Positions 15,358 to 30,238 of a stretch of 64,000 bases of DNA are shown here, in pieces; the first letter of the stretch is position 1, and the number at the start of each line of letters is the position of its first letter. The position numbers and the translations under genes were made by a program. The stretch is taken from positions 23,188,001 to 23,252,000 of the forward strand of contig NC_043021.1 of NCBI RefSeq assembly GCF_006345805.1. The letters run 5' to 3'. The notes under the pieces are model-generated. The model was not told the DNA's origin. It searched no databases and saw nothing but the letters and a program-made list of their open reading frames with translations. This DNA is from Octopus sinensis. Taxonomy: Eukaryota.

Positions 15358-15692
15358 CACATCTATATATATACACACACATCTATATATATATATATAT
15401 ATACACATATATATGGGGAGAAATGGCACACGCGGAGTATGAAGCAAATAGCTCTTCTTAAGAAACATATGTTCAGGTTATTTTTCAGATGAACATCGCT
15501 ACAGTTTCCGTCAAGCAAATTCAGTCACAAGTCTGTGGTTGGCTTAGGGCTGTAGCAGAAAACACTTGCCCCATGTAACATGCAGAGGGACCGAAAGAGG
15601 GATCATATGGCTGGGAAGCAAAGTTCTCAAATTCAGTTTTGCACCTAATATGTGTGTGTGTGTGTGTGTGTTGTGTGTATTTACATTTACGT

Positions 15693-16076
15693 GGAGGCGC
15701 AATGACACAGTGGTTAGGGCAGCGGACTCGCGGTCGTAGGATCGCGGTTCCGATTCCCAGACCGGGCGTTGTGAGTGTTTATTGAGCGGAAACACCTAAG
15801 AGATCCACGAGGCTCCGGCAGGGGGTGGTGGTGATCCCTGCTGTACTCTTTCACCACAACTTTCTCTCACTCTTACTTCCTGTTTCTGTTGTACCTGTAT
15901 TTCAAAGGGCCGGTCTTGTCACTCTGTGTGTCACGCTGAATATCCCCGAGAACTACGTTAAGGGTACACGTGTCTGTAGAGTGCTCAGCCACTTACACGT
16001 TAATTTCACGAGCAGGCTGTTCCGTTGATTCGGATCAACCGGAACCCTCATCGTCGTAACCGATGGAGTGCTTCCA
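15693..16076 (+). mobile_element. tRNA-derived SINE (family C)
   Basis: A box TGACACAGTGG, B box GGTTCCGATTCC; homologous copies at 38861-39216 (-) and 47088-47455 (-). Confidence 0.85.
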
Positions 16077-16829
16077 TGTATTTACATTTGTGTTAAATTG
16101 CGTGTTGTGTCCCACTACGTCTCAAACTTGAAGCAGAGATCTATAAATACGGACTGAGGCCAGTATGGCGGCTGTAAAATACTGTTTAAAGACTTAATGG
16201 CTTCAAATATAAAGTGATGGATTACTAACAACAATGTTATCAGTCTAAGTCTACTTCACTTCCAACCATTAACAATTGTAATTTGAATTTGATAGGTTAG
16301 CAGTAAGAAAGAGGTCTCTCTGGTGACTTGAACCACTAGAAATAGCAGCCAGATCTGTCTTAAAACACACCCTTTCATCAAAAGAAAGTTACAGATTTAG
16401 TGTATTTCAGGAAAACAAAACATTACGCGATGATTGTTACATCAGAGGCAAACATACTTCCCATTAAATGATTATCTGCTAAATAATACAAATAAAGTCT
16501 GGTAACACTCCATATATTGGAATCCCTTTCTTATTATGCTCTATGTAAGACATTAAAATGTTTCAGCCAGAGTTGTCTCCTTTAGCTAAAGACATCAAAA
16601 TTGTGCGACCCGACATCGTTTTTGAGGTTAGTTTTGTAGTGAAAATACGCCAACTTTTGTGGGATAGCCTCTTGAGAAAGCAACAAAAACTCGCTCGAGG
16701 TGTACAAGCATGATAGATGTCAAGATTTCGCTATCGTTATCAAACCTTAGCTGCTATTTCGCCAATTAATTTCGATGTAAATCGATTAAATGTCACGTGC
16801 GCAAACACGAACATGGGTAGTCGTGTCTA

Positions 16830-16990
16830 GACGGCCGGTATTGGTTTGTTTGCATCCCCATAAGCTGGCGCTTCGGCAAATGAGACCGATATAATATTAC
16901 CAGGCTTAAAAATTAAATACTACTGTCAATTATATCGACTAAACCGTTCAAGGCGGTGCCCCAGCATGACCTCAGTCCGATGACTGAAAC
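16830..16990 (+). mobile_element. 3' half of family A SINE, diverged
   Basis: GGCGGTGCCCCAGCATGACC...TGACTGAAAC tail. Confidence 0.65.
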
Positions 16991-17291
16991 ACGTAGGTGG
17001 AAAAATATTTACATATATATATATATGTATTTATATACATACATATATATACATATATATATTTATATATATATAGACATATATGCATACATATATACGT
17101 ATATTTATATATATATATGTGTGCGTGTGTTATATACATACACACATACATACATATATAATATATATTTATATTTATATATATGTATGTGTATGTATAT
17201 GCATATATATATACACACATAACTATATATATATACATAACTATATATGAAATACACATAACTCTCTCTCTCTCTCTCACTCTCTCTCTCT

Positions 17292-17346
<55 letters not shown>

Positions 17347-18959
17347 TATGTGTGTATTGTAATTGTGATTGACGCATTAGTATCCGTAGAAAATTGCCAA
17401 TAAAGGGACTCGGGTACTGAGAGCAGAAAATGATGACGATATATATGAAAAATGAAGTTAATAGCTTGGATATTTGAAAGTACTCGAGCTATAATGCAAA
17501 TGAGAACTGCACACATGTAAATCAAATATATATTTTACATCCGTGTGACCTTTGCATTAACTTCTTTCTGCTATCATTCCTGTAAATATTCCATACTTTA
17601 AAGACTCACATTAAGCGTGATAACAACGCAAAACATTTTTCCATTCCCATCCCGCTCGGATGAAGACATGAAAATACGCATGGCGGAAAGTTCAATCCAG
17701 CTGGTCTGTTTTGCACCTTAGAAATATTTTATCGATCAGTGAACATATGATGGAATTCCCTTCTCTGACATCGACTGATGCGAAATAAAAACCGTAGATT
17801 TAACTATTCCGGCAACACTCTCGAATGACCCATAAACATAAACATTTGTCGAAGTAAAAAGAAGGAAAAGGAAAACCAATTCTGAGACTTGTATAGTGTT
17901 TTATTGCCTTATTCTAGCAATGATGCATTCTAACAATTCCCGCTAAAGTGGATTTATGAGGCTTTGAAAGATAATTCTCTGAGAGAAAATTGTGTTTAGT
18001 GGATAGTATAGAGCTATATATTTACTAATGTATATTTAACTGCCGAGTAATGCCTCCCTTTTAAACCATTTTAACCAGTTTGCTATGTTCTTCGTTAATA
18101 TTCTCTTTGTTTCGTTTTGGCAAGCATAAATCCTTTGAGCATTTTCGAATATTTCCTTACCGAAAGGAAAGAAATGATACTCTGACAATTTTGCTAAATA
18201 AAGCCTAATCTTGCCAACGTTTTACATTTCTAAACTCTCTTCACGAAAGCTTTGTATGTATCATCTTCTCAAAAACTTATGATTCATTTTATTTGTCAGG
18301 AAATACATAGATTATGCCATATAATAGCGTAATGCTATTTCGCACGATGCTATGAAACATTACCATTTTGAAATTCTCTTACGAGTATATAAAATATAGA
18401 TTTAACGAATAAACAAAAAGAAAGATGAGTAGTCTAGGGACTGGGCTATAAAATTTGTTATTTATGGAATTTGGAAGTATGATTATTCAACTGCAGTGGG
18501 ACTTTAGCATGCAAACGAGAAATCCTAAAATATAAAACGTCTCTAACATATTAATGTACAAACTTCGTTTCATTTCTATCTTGAGCATTTTCTCTAATCT
18601 ATGAAATACAAAATATGCGATACACTTGCTTTAAAAAACAACGCAACGAACACCAGTGCAATTTCTTTGGACACACGTCAAAAATGTTGTATATTTTATA
18701 TCAATATATAAAAACTAGCAGATCCAATATCCGGTCTGTCAGTGTTTCATCTCTAAAGTATGATCAGAGGATTTTACTAAATTTCGGATAAGCTACTTCG
18801 AAAAGATGGTGAACATATTCTGGCTGGGTAGTCCTAAGCTTTCTTTCAGAAATGTAATTATATCATAAATCTCTCGGAGAAGTTCCATTGCAAGCAAAAT
18901 AATGCCGTTTCACCTTTCTGTATTCTTTACAAATGTTATACTGACCAGTAGTATTCATT

Positions 18960-19177
18960 TATTCTGTTATTTGACTGCGGTCATGCTGGAGCAACGGCTT
19001 TTAGTCGAGCAAATCGCCCCAGAATTAAGTTCATTTTAAGCCTAGTACTTATTCTATCGGATCGCTTTTGCCGAACCGCTATGTTACGTGTTCGTAAACA
19101 CTCTAGCATCGGCTGTCAAATGATGTTGGGGGTACAAACACAGACACACAAACATATACACACATGCATATACATAC

Positions 19178-19237
<60 letters not shown>

Positions 19238-19350
19238 ACTGACAAAGCTTTGGTCAGCCCAAGCTATACTAGACGACACATGCCGACAATGCTACGTAGT
19301 GGGGCTGAACCCTGAAGCATGTGGTTAGAAAGCAAGCTACATACGACGCA
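18960..19350 (-). mobile_element. Family A SINE, diverged
   Basis: Reverse complement of 6566-6958 with an expanded internal (TA)n. Confidence 0.75.
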
Positions 19351-19449
19351 GCCCTCTTTCGCATGCACATACACACACACAAACACATACACACGCACAC
19401 ACACACACATACACACACATATATATATATATATGTATGTATATATAGG

Positions 19450-19516
<67 letters not shown>

Positions 19517-21239
19517 GTATACATAATAAATATTAGGGAATAAATCCAAATTTACAGGGAAAAAATCAGATTTAGGATTAAATCCAATTTTATAGTAAAA
19601 TATTATATAATATTAATTCGAGACAAAACCACTATTTTGCAAAACAAACAAGGAAAGACTTAATCAATACATAAAAATTTTTAATATGTATACATATATA
19701 TATATATGTGAACCCCTCAAGGTCTGATAAAATGAATAGGTTCACTTCCAGGTAGAGGAAATGACAAAAATTAGAGAACATTGTGAGGGATCTAAGACAA
19801 AATAATCAATAGATTTCTAAATGTTTCTCCCAGTAATGATCGTACTTTCCAGTAAGACGAAAGCTGCATGGGGATATTTTTCTGAAGATCTCCGTTTTCA
19901 AGTATAAGAGAATGACCCTGAGTAAAATACAACCTCTTTCCGTTGTGCAATAGTTGCGTATTCTCAGTAGATATATTCTATTCAGAAACTGTCTCTGTGA
20001 TAAGCATCTGCGGTCTTGCAACGTAGAACCAGTCAGAACTAAAATTCAGATCATGTTCCTTTACTAAATTATAAAGGCTACTTCCAGCTTTCCTAGAAGT
20101 CTCGCATTTCTCATTCATTGAAATCCATTTCAGAAATATAATAAACTTAAATGAAAGTACCTTAAAATATTCTCCAACCTCTATATTTACATAATGTCGG
20201 AGATTTTACAGCCTATTAGTCAAAATGCTATAAATATCAATAAGGAGAATAGAGAAAATACTTTATAAATATATAATCAAAATTTTTGTGTATTTTCTAT
20301 ATTACAATTGTAGTAACCATTATCAAGAAGACATAATGTTGCTGTTTTCGTATAAGAGTCATTATATTTCCAATTCTTTTCAAATTCTCTGATCTAATTG
20401 TATTTTAGTTATAACCAGCAGGACGCCCAGTAAGTTGAATAAGTCTGCACCGAATGTTTAAATTCAGAGTGAAAATTTGCTAAATAAATATGTGATGATT
20501 TAAGTAAAAACTGTTTAGCTTTAGTAAACATTGATAATATAATTCAAACAAGCATGCACCAATAGTTTCTTAAATAATAGAGCTGGAAGCCGCGAAACGA
20601 ACCAAATCAACCAACGAGGAAATGACAAGAAAATCTGCAGACATCTAACCTTGTTTGTTGGTGAGTTTGTTGGACGGAGGCAATGAGAATTGATTCGCAA
20701 TTCTTTTATCAAATCAATTCCGAATCAATGGTTAATTCCTTGCTGTTTTCGCAAACCGATACAGCACAAATATGTTTTTGACAATGTAATCATTTGTAAT
20801 TTAAGCACAAACAGAGAAATTTTGGAAGGCCGCGGTAAGTTGGAATCATCGATACCAGTAATGAACGCAACTTTAATTAATCGATACTTTTACAGGTTAT
20901 GTGTGTATATATATGGGTGTATATATATATATATGTGTGTGTGTGGTTGTGTTCATGTGTGTATGTGTTTGTGTTCGCGTGTGTGTTTGTGTTCGTGTGT
21001 GTGTGTGCTTGTGTTCATGTGCGTGTGTGTGTGTGTTTGTGTTTGTGTTCGTGTGTGTGTGTGATTTAATGCCTCATTAATTAAGACTCACCGGTTCGAT
21101 TTCAACTCATTTACTTATTTTTTCTAACATATTCTTGCAAACTTTTCAATAGGCGTCACAGCGTCCAATAATACTATATCTGTTCCACGTCCTCGCGTTG
21201 TTGTGTTTTCTCATGGTGTTTTCATGTTTGGATTAACTT

Positions 21240-21300
<61 letters not shown>

Positions 21301-21561
21301 TATATATGTATACTTATACATATGCATATATATATATATGTATGTATATACGTATACATATGCATATATATATGTATGTATATGTGTATATATAAATATA
21401 TATATATACATATGTGTATATATACATAAATATATACGTATATATGTACTGAGGTATTTATACATGCAAACACTTTCACACACATGCACAGAGGCGCACA
21501 CATATGTATGTAATTCTGCATGTATGCATGTACGTATTATTATATATAGCTATTTGTATGT

Positions 21562-21657
<96 letters not shown>

Positions 21658-21957
21658 AATATACATACATATATAATTTACACACACACATATATAAAGA
21701 AATTAATGTTTCGAATAAAGCTGTCGAATTAATATTTTCTGTTAGTAACACGGCAATTGTCTTGGAAAACAGGATATTTGGTAACATACAATTACATGAT
21801 TTATCTCACATGTGATATTGATTCAAAATTACTCACAAGCAATATGACATTGCTGCTGGTTTTTAAATTAAATATAAAACAGCTAAACCCAAACCGAAAT
21901 ATATATATGTTGTAATACACTCGATGACCAGGAATTTGTAAATTCTTTGGTACATCT

Positions 21958-22125
21958 TACTTGTTTCAGTCATTCGACAACAGCCATACTGGAGCACTGC
22001 CTTGAGGAATGTTAGTCGAATGAGTTGACTAGAGCGATATATTTTTATTCTGCTGAGTACTTAATATACCAGCTTCTTTTGACAAACCACTAAGTTACGG
22101 AGACGTAAACACACCAATACCGGTC
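21958..22125 (-). mobile_element. 3' half of family A SINE, diverged
   Basis: TACTTGTTTCAGTCATT...CCATACTGGAGCAC...TAAGTTACGG. Confidence 0.65.
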
Positions 22126-22131
22126 GAAGAG

Positions 22132-22177
<46 letters not shown>

Positions 22178-22835
22178 ATGACTACTCTGGTACTCGGGAT
22201 GTTCTGTCTTAGCGTGAATATAAATTTAGTAAAAATGAACGTGTATCTGCAAGATGATTTACTTTCTGCCAACACTGACTTCAAGTATGTAATTTCACGC
22301 ATTAATTCGGGTTCCTTTTATTGAACCTGGTCGCAGTTCATTTAATTTCGTTCAGCGTCTGGCGGTCGTCTTAGAAGTGCCCTGTGTCTAAAATTATCAT
22401 TCGTAGTATTCGTTCTTTCGACATCGTTCCCACGCGCCTACCTCGGGCTCAGAATTTACAGCCCGAGTTGTTATCTATAATCGTAAATATTAAAAGTAAT
22501 TCAAATTCAATGTTTTCTTAAAGCAATACATTTCTTTAGAGATTAGGATTCAAATTCCAGTCTATGAAAAGTTTCCGTTCTTCAATAATCTTAAACGAAC
22601 GAAAAATGATCCAGCAACTAGGGATAATATGAACGACCTTGGTAGATTTACAAGTCTACCTGGCATCTCTTGTCAAGCGAACAGCATTCCGCTGTTATTA
22701 TTTGATTGCTGTTATTCTGTGCGTTTGTGTTTAAAGATCAGTTGTGTCTTGGAGGATTGCTTTATGTTCCAGCAGGCATGTGTCAACCAAAATCTGTGAT
22801 GAGCCCAAGTGACGCTGATGACCTGGAATCGGTTG

Positions 22836-22894
<59 letters not shown>

Positions 22895-23261
22895 ATATAT
22901 ATTATATATTATATATATATATATATAAATAAATATAAGAGAATGGTCACTATGTGGCTCATTCTAGCACTAGAAAATCCAAAAGGTTTCAACCACAAAA
23001 ATACATGCTTCACATGAAAGTCAGTACGATTGTTAGCTCACACGAACAGGGCAAATAAAAAATAACAAAAATACAGATTATTTTGGGACAATTGTTTCGC
23101 TATTAATGAATTAAATGTAATTTTACTTACAAAAAAACCCACTTGTAGCTCCTATATATATATATAATTAAAATTTAAAGCTTATTAGCATAATGCTATA
23201 TTATATTATATTGTTATGATAATATGACATGATAAATTACAAATTTTATATATAAATTGCA

Positions 23262-23336
23262 TACAAATGTTTCGATTCATAGCCAAAACACAACTGTAAA
23301 AATCCATTGTTTGCTGACAAGAATCTCCTCAGTGTA
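23262..23336 (-). ncRNA. Putative type I hammerhead ribozyme motif (Penelope-type minimal helix III)
   Basis: Minus strand: TACA-CTGAGGA-GATTC-(42 nt)-GAATC-GAAA-CATT-TGTA. Confidence 0.5.
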
Positions 23337-23342
23337 AAGTGC

Positions 23343-23380
<38 letters not shown>

Positions 23381-23589
23381 ATATATACATATACATACAT
23401 GTGTTTGTGTGTGTGTGTGCATGTCTGTACATGTATGTACGTGTCTGTGTGTATCTGTGTGCACTTGTGTGACAATCTGCATGTTTAATAGATTATATAA
23501 TATTGTAAATCTCATTTTCTAGTATATACATTCAGACTGCAAATAAGACCAAGAAAGGATACAACAAGCACCACAAATAATACACAACA

Positions 23590-25445
23590 CAAGTAGACAC
23601 GTGCATACGTATCTAGCCTTATATATCCACGCCTAGTTAAATCATATGTATAAGAATAGGAACAGAATATGTCGATTGGGAATTGTGAAACGTATCTGAG
23701 CGAAACAATGTTTTAGCGATGTACATTTTGAATCTGTCAATAATTTAAAGATAGGAAATAGTTAAATAATTAAAATAAATACAATGCCTTTATAACTAAG
23801 AGAAAGAATTGGAAAGATAAATGTGAGCGATATAGGAATAGGAAATAGAAATGCGTAGTTATAAATATGTTTAAAATAAAATTATTTGCAGAAAATCAAT
23901 TAAGATGTACGTGAGAAACATTAATGACAATGAATAGGTGGCTTTCTTCTCAGATTTTCTGGTATAGAAATATTTAAACCCACGGAGACTGCTTTTGAGT
24001 GGAATCTTACAATGGAGAAGCATTAATAAATGAAATACGTTGTTTATATAAGAAGCACAATGAAAGCTACCTGAATCCCTAATGAAATGGATAATGGAAA
24101 TCCTGAATGGAAAAACAAAATGGTAAAAAATGGTACGTAGATACCAGCGTACAAGAAACATGTTTACACACAAGAGACGCTCAAATCAAGAAATCCCTGT
24201 TAAATCTAAAACAACCCGTGTTAATGACAAGCTAAATCACTTCTTTAGATAGATTCAACATGTTGCCTCTTATAGAAAAGGCGAATCCACGTAAATTTAG
24301 AAAACATCTAAAAATAAGAAAAATAGAAAAAAACGTTTGTTAAAAAAACTGACAATTGCGAAGCAATTCCCGTTAAATTATTTAAGGGTTTAAAGAATTT
24401 ATAAAAACAAAACCGCTGAAATTTTTCAGAACAGGAAGGGTCATCTTAATCTCAAAAACCAGCAACACATATAATATACATCTGAAGTAGTTACGTGCAT
24501 ACCTAGCCAACCTTATATATTTATATTTAGCTGGATCATATGTATAAGAATAGGAACAGAATATGGAAAACAGGGATTATGAAAGGAATCTCAGCGAAAC
24601 AATGTTTTAACGACGTACATTTTGAATCTGTCAATAATTTAAAGATAGGAAATAGTTAAATAATTAAAATCGATACAATACGTTTTATAACTAAGAGAAT
24701 GAATTGGAAAGATAAATGTGAACGATATAGGAATAGGAAATAGAAATGCGTAGTTATAAATATATTTAAAATAAAATTATTTGCAGAAAATCAATTAAGA
24801 TGTACGTGAGAAACGTTAATGACAAATCTGCTATCGAAAGATTTAAACTTACGGAGACAACGTTTGAGTGGAATCTTAGAATGGAGAAGCTTAGAAAACG
24901 AAATAGAATATGCTTTATCGCTTTTTCTATAAAAGGCAACATGGTGCATATATCCTAAGAAGAGATTTAAGTTGTCATTAAGACGGATTGTTTGAGATTT
25001 AGCAGGAACTAGCAGTATCGCCCGGCGTTGCTCGGGTTTGTAAGGGAAATAACTATAAAGCATTTTTAGAGAGTTATAGCCAAAAAATAGAGAAAAATGG
25101 AAAAAAACTATGGTAAATTTTTGTTTGAGAGTTAAAAAGGTCGAGTTGCGTCCCCTAGACAGTCTGTGGTTTGTCTTTCTGATTCTCGACCCCATGTCGA
25201 ATTTATCGATTTTTTTCAGAACTGGGGGAACTTTTCAAAATTCTCGCTGCGTTAGTTTTGAATAATGACATTGGGCTATGTGTGTGTCAAGTTTCATCAG
25301 AATCGGTTGAAAGCCATGGTCAGGATGAAGGTACAACCTGACAGACACACAGACACACAGACAGACAAACTGCCGTTTATATATAGAGAGATGTCTTCTT
25401 TTAAAAGTCTCTTGTGTTCAAAAATATTTCTTGTACGGCAAAAGA
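23590..25445. repeat. Diverged ~0.9-kb tandem duplication; second copy partly inverted
   Basis: 23590-24040 matches 24485-24905; 24145-24285 matches the reverse complement of 24915-25008 plus 25392-25440. Confidence 0.8.
25009..25391 (-). mobile_element. Non-autonomous Helitron
   Basis: 5' TC, 3' hairpin + CTAG, A|T insertion site; matches 43993-44365 in reverse complement. Confidence 0.85.
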
Positions 25446-25989
25446 TTACGTTGAAAATACCTGAAAGGTCATATGTTTCGTATCTAGATTATATATTTTC
25501 ATAGATATATGAGGACAGCAATTTTCAGTGGGATCTTCTGGTGTGGATGGTATCTAAAAATCCATTTAATCATCTAATTAATCTTGGGAGGTTGACTGGA
25601 AGTTGCGTACACACCATAATTCTCCAAAGTCAATGATTAAAAATTAATTCCCATCACCAATAGAAGACTATTTCCTTGCCTTTAGCAATAATTCTTGGAA
25701 TCATTCACGACAGTCGTGGGTATGATATTGCTGTAGTTTGTTGCAGTTTTTTTGCCGGGATTTTCTCTAGTTCCATCATTTATGTTAGCCGTTTCTAATA
25801 TCTTTGTCACGAAAATAGATAGTAAATTCTGTCTCGGTCCTTTACTCTTTACTCTTGCTTGTTTTCTGTAACGACCCATCTTCCTTTGTGGATAATACAC
25901 GTGCGTCTGCACCCTTTCAGATACACCCCCTCACTCACATTTCCCCAATTTCCCACTCTCTCTTTCGATGACACGCAAAACACACATAT

Positions 25990-26165
25990 AGCTGAAATTT
26001 ACAGAAAAACAAAAGACGAAGACATGTCAATAAACAGGAAGCAGGTGTACTATTTTGACGCTCTGGAAGGTGAAAAATCCGTTACATTTTGAGCCTATGC
26101 TCTTTAACAGAAAGAAACAGAAGGAAATAAACAAAGAGAAAAGAAACTTGTGGATTTAGTGGTTA
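25990..26165 (-). mobile_element. Penelope-like terminal-repeat fragment with a decayed hammerhead-like motif
   Basis: Homologous to 41417-41610 and 55115-55345. Confidence 0.5.
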
Positions 26166-27289
26166 ATCTTGGTGACTATATATATATATATATATATACT
26201 ATGCGTTTCATTGTATTTCTTATCAGAACCAGAAATGTTCGGTTTTTTTGGCGAGAAAAAAAACGAAACAAATATCAAAATTTTAAACAAAGCTCAAATA
26301 AGTAAACTTAATCCTCACTCCAATTTGGGGAGTCGGCTTTTTAACAAGATGGGAAAGGCTAACATCTAACGCATAATATTACGAATGCTGAACGATTTCA
26401 CTCAAATCCCACGGAGTGATGTAAAGTGAACCGATTGTGTATTGATATCAAGAAATACATATATACAGAAAAAAAAGAAAAAACAGAACAAGCAGAGAAT
26501 AATTTGGAGAAAGGAAGAGTGAAAGACAAAAAAGGCACGGAAAGAAGAAAACATAATGGAGATCCAAAGTTATTAATTAAGGAAGAAAAAATCATGAAAC
26601 TAGCAAATATTGTTGTTATTTTTCTCTTTCCTTCTTCTATGTTGGTAATTCGAAAATCGACTGTCTGTTTTGGGCACATCGTCGTTAAGTAAATAGAAGC
26701 GATAGCGCGTTCTAGATAATGCAAATACTAAACAAACACAACACAATCGAAATGCAGTCAAGTCATGCATACGAAGATAAACTATATTTGTTTTGTATGC
26801 ATGACTTTTCTCCGTTTCTATTGTACAATAGTAAAATATTATTATTCGAATCAAAGCTGTAGGTGATAAACGTGGATTTGATTTTAATTCTAAACAAAAC
26901 AATAACATCAACAAGAACAAGAACGATGAAACAAACGAACTGCCAGTCAAAAATGTCACTGTACTGACTGAACAATTCACACGTGACTTTTCTTGGGCGC
27001 AAACAATAAATGAAAAGATGAGAAAACGTTGGACGAAAGAATTAGTATAATACAGAAATTACCAAATACTAAACTAGTGACTACTTATGAAGTCATATGA
27101 TCACCTGTTATGTTCTATAGCGTCTTGGTAACTTTGAATGCTATGGAACCGAACCATGACTACAGGGAACAGATTCTTTGTGAGGGATCATGTGTATGAG
27201 TTTCGGTGTTTGTGAGAGAGAGAGAGAGCGAGAGAGAGAGAATGAGAGAGAGACTGGGGGAGTATGCAGGGTGCTATTGAAAAGAATTT

Positions 27290-29238
27290 TCGACTCCAAG
27301 ATAAATGGAACAAAATTTACATCGGCGGGATTTCATGTGAAAGAGAAGCGACAGAAAACACAGCTGACTCTGGCTCTTAAAAAACCGGTTGAGAGTTCCT
27401 TGAACTGTCTTCTTCTTTTCGTCAAGGATTACATTATTAGGAGCAAAAGCTTCGTGACAAGCCCCTATAATCTTGGAAACGATTATGGAGCCACATCCTC
27501 GAACATAGAAAGACCTTTTTCGATATATACAAATGCTTAATGCATTTTCTTAATAGCTAAGTGACATGGCTCAGATTCGACTTCCTCTTCTTTATTTTGC
27601 TGCCCGTGAGCTCTATCGAATCCTGGTTCGTCAAGGGCTGCTTGTCTTTTTCAAAGAAATCTCTGATTTCTTCCTCCACCAAATCACCAAATCCATTTCC
27701 AGTTCTTTGATCGTAGTCACCAACATTTTGTTGATGGCAACATTATCAAACATATTAATATAATTCACGAATTGCGAGCAAAGCTTCTTCCATACACCAT
27801 TCATAGTCGTCCTCTTGAAGATAGCAATTATTCCTTGATCCATTTGGCTGCAGAAGAGACGTGGTGTTCAGAGGGATGTATACGACGGTAAAGTTGGGAA
27901 CAAAATCTACGTTTTGCGGGTGGCCAGGAGCTTTATCTAAGGTAAGTAAAACCTTAAATGGAATCCCCTACTCCTTACAGTACTTCTCTGCCGCTGGGCT
28001 AAAATGATTGAAGAACCAATCTTCAAAAACAACAACAGTAACTCATGCTTTTGAATTATCCATCCATATAACAGGGAGAGATGCCTTGGATATGTTCTTC
28101 AGGGCAAGGGAGTTGTGTGAATGATACACAAAGAATGGCTTTAACGTAAAATGTCCTGCACAATTACCTCCCAACATGATGGTCACACGTTCTTTTGAGA
28201 CTTTGTAGCCGGGAATCCTTTTTTTCCTCCTTGGAAATGAATGAACCATCTGACAATTTTTTCCAATACAATCCACTTTCGTCTATGTTAAAAATCTGTT
28301 CGGAAAGAAACGCATTTCATTTGATGATTTTCTATAATGCATTAGGAAATTCCGCTGCTGCTTGTTCGGCAGCTGATGCACTTTCACCTTGCTTCTTAAT
28401 GGAGTGATAACTTCTTCACTCCTTAAATCTTATGAACCATCGTTGACTTGCCTTGAACTCTGCATCTTTCTTATCTGGATATTTTTTCTTCGGGTTTTCA
28501 AACAAAGACAATGCTTTCTCTTGAAAGATTCCTTGACTAATAACAGCACGCAGATCATTCAACCTAACTTCCCATTTCTTCAAAGATTTTGCCTCTTTTC
28601 TTATTGATGAGAGTGTTCTTCATCCCCGTGGCTTCAGGTTTGATATGTGCTAAAATATCGTCCTTATTATGTACAATCGTCGATGCAGTTGTCCGACTCA
28701 TCCCAAAAGATCGTGCAATTGCTACCACTTTTTCACCTTTCTCATGGCGTTTGATCACAGCCAGTTTATCTTCCAGCGTTATAGCATGACACTTAGAACT
28801 TTCACAATGAATTTTCTTCGGAGCCATGGGGGCAAAGAATAAATTCACAAATGAATCAGAATGAGAAAGTAGCCAATAAAAAGTCGTAAACAAATCTAAA
28901 TTCAAAGCAATCTTGGGAATCACGAGTGACAGCGAGGCCTAACGGGAGATATTGCAACTACAGTGCAATATGAGCTCTGAAAGACCGATAAATAAGATAA
29001 GTTGTGTATCTTAACATTCACTATACGTACTTTAATATGATATTATATGCTTTTATTCTTACTTCTTGTACGGTAACGTGATTTTATGAGCTTTTAACGG
29101 GTTTTTAACTGGCGGACAGACGTAAAGTTGAGTAAAATAACTTAACTTGATTTTTATATTTCCATACAGCATTTTTGAAATCCGACGTATAATCGAAAGC
29201 GACTTAAATCGAAACATACAAAAGTCGAGGCATGCCTA
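27290..29238 (-). mobile_element. Decayed Tigger/pogo DNA transposon (TIGD1-like transposase pseudogene)
   Basis: MAPKK...AITLEDKLAVIKRHEKGEKVVAIARSFGMSRTTASTI (CENP-B-type HTH); IPGYKVSKERVTIMLGGNCAGHFTLKPFFVYHS; QPMDQGIIAIFK (DDE_1); stops and frameshifts; TIR-like end near 29238; left end uncertain. Confidence 0.85.
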
Positions 29239-30129
29239 TATATATATATATCAGAAAGAGAGAGAGAGAGAGAGAGAGAGATGGAAAGAGAAACAGAAAG
29301 AAAGAGTTCTTTCGCTTAGTCCCCTACATATACGTATATGAGTGTATGTATGCGAATGTATACAGTTTCTGGATAACTTATGAAGGTTATGATTTAGAAA
29401 ACCAGAAAAATGGGATAAACGTCTCTCCAGATGGTCTCATACAGACGCATAATCATAAAAAGCGCAGACTTTCCATCCACCGCCGCTGATACATGGTCTT
29501 CGTCTGTTAATCTTATGCTTCCGTCCATTTGAGCTTTATACGTCTACACAATATGATCTCTCGGGACGAATACCACAGTTTTCTACCGTTTCTACATTGT
29601 GACTACGCTAGGTATGATATACAGCATACTATTTTTAACTAATACTGATTCCGTTTCCAAAAACCAATACACACACACAAAAAAAACTTTCTCACACACA
29701 CACATACACATATGTATTTATGCATGTGTGTATGTATCTAGCTGCCAATCGATCGCCCTGTGTCTGTATGTTCAAATATTTGTTTCTGTATTATTGAATA
29801 CTTTTATTTCTATATCATGCCAGCTCACAGTTATGTCATTCTGCGTTAGTTCTCTCCTTACCCATCCCTCTTTTAATTGCTATGCACGTCATCAATTATG
29901 TACACTACAACCACACACACGTATACCCACACGCATAAACACGCACACACATATATATTTATATATGCACATACACGTACACATATTTGGACACATATAT
30001 GCAACACACACAAACCATATAATCATATATATGTATATATATATATAAATATATATATATATATCTGTATCTATATAACTATATATATATATATACATAT
30101 ATATATGAATATGTGTATATATATATATG

Positions 30130-30170
<41 letters not shown>

Positions 30171-30191
30171 GCATATGTATATATATGTATA

Positions 30192-30238
<47 letters not shown>

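Noticed and set aside
21120-21160. Possible U3:A8 hammerhead variant (minus strand CTA-TTGAAAA...TAG)
   Set aside because: Helix II and GAAA are not intact in this copy, so it cannot be supported from this sequence
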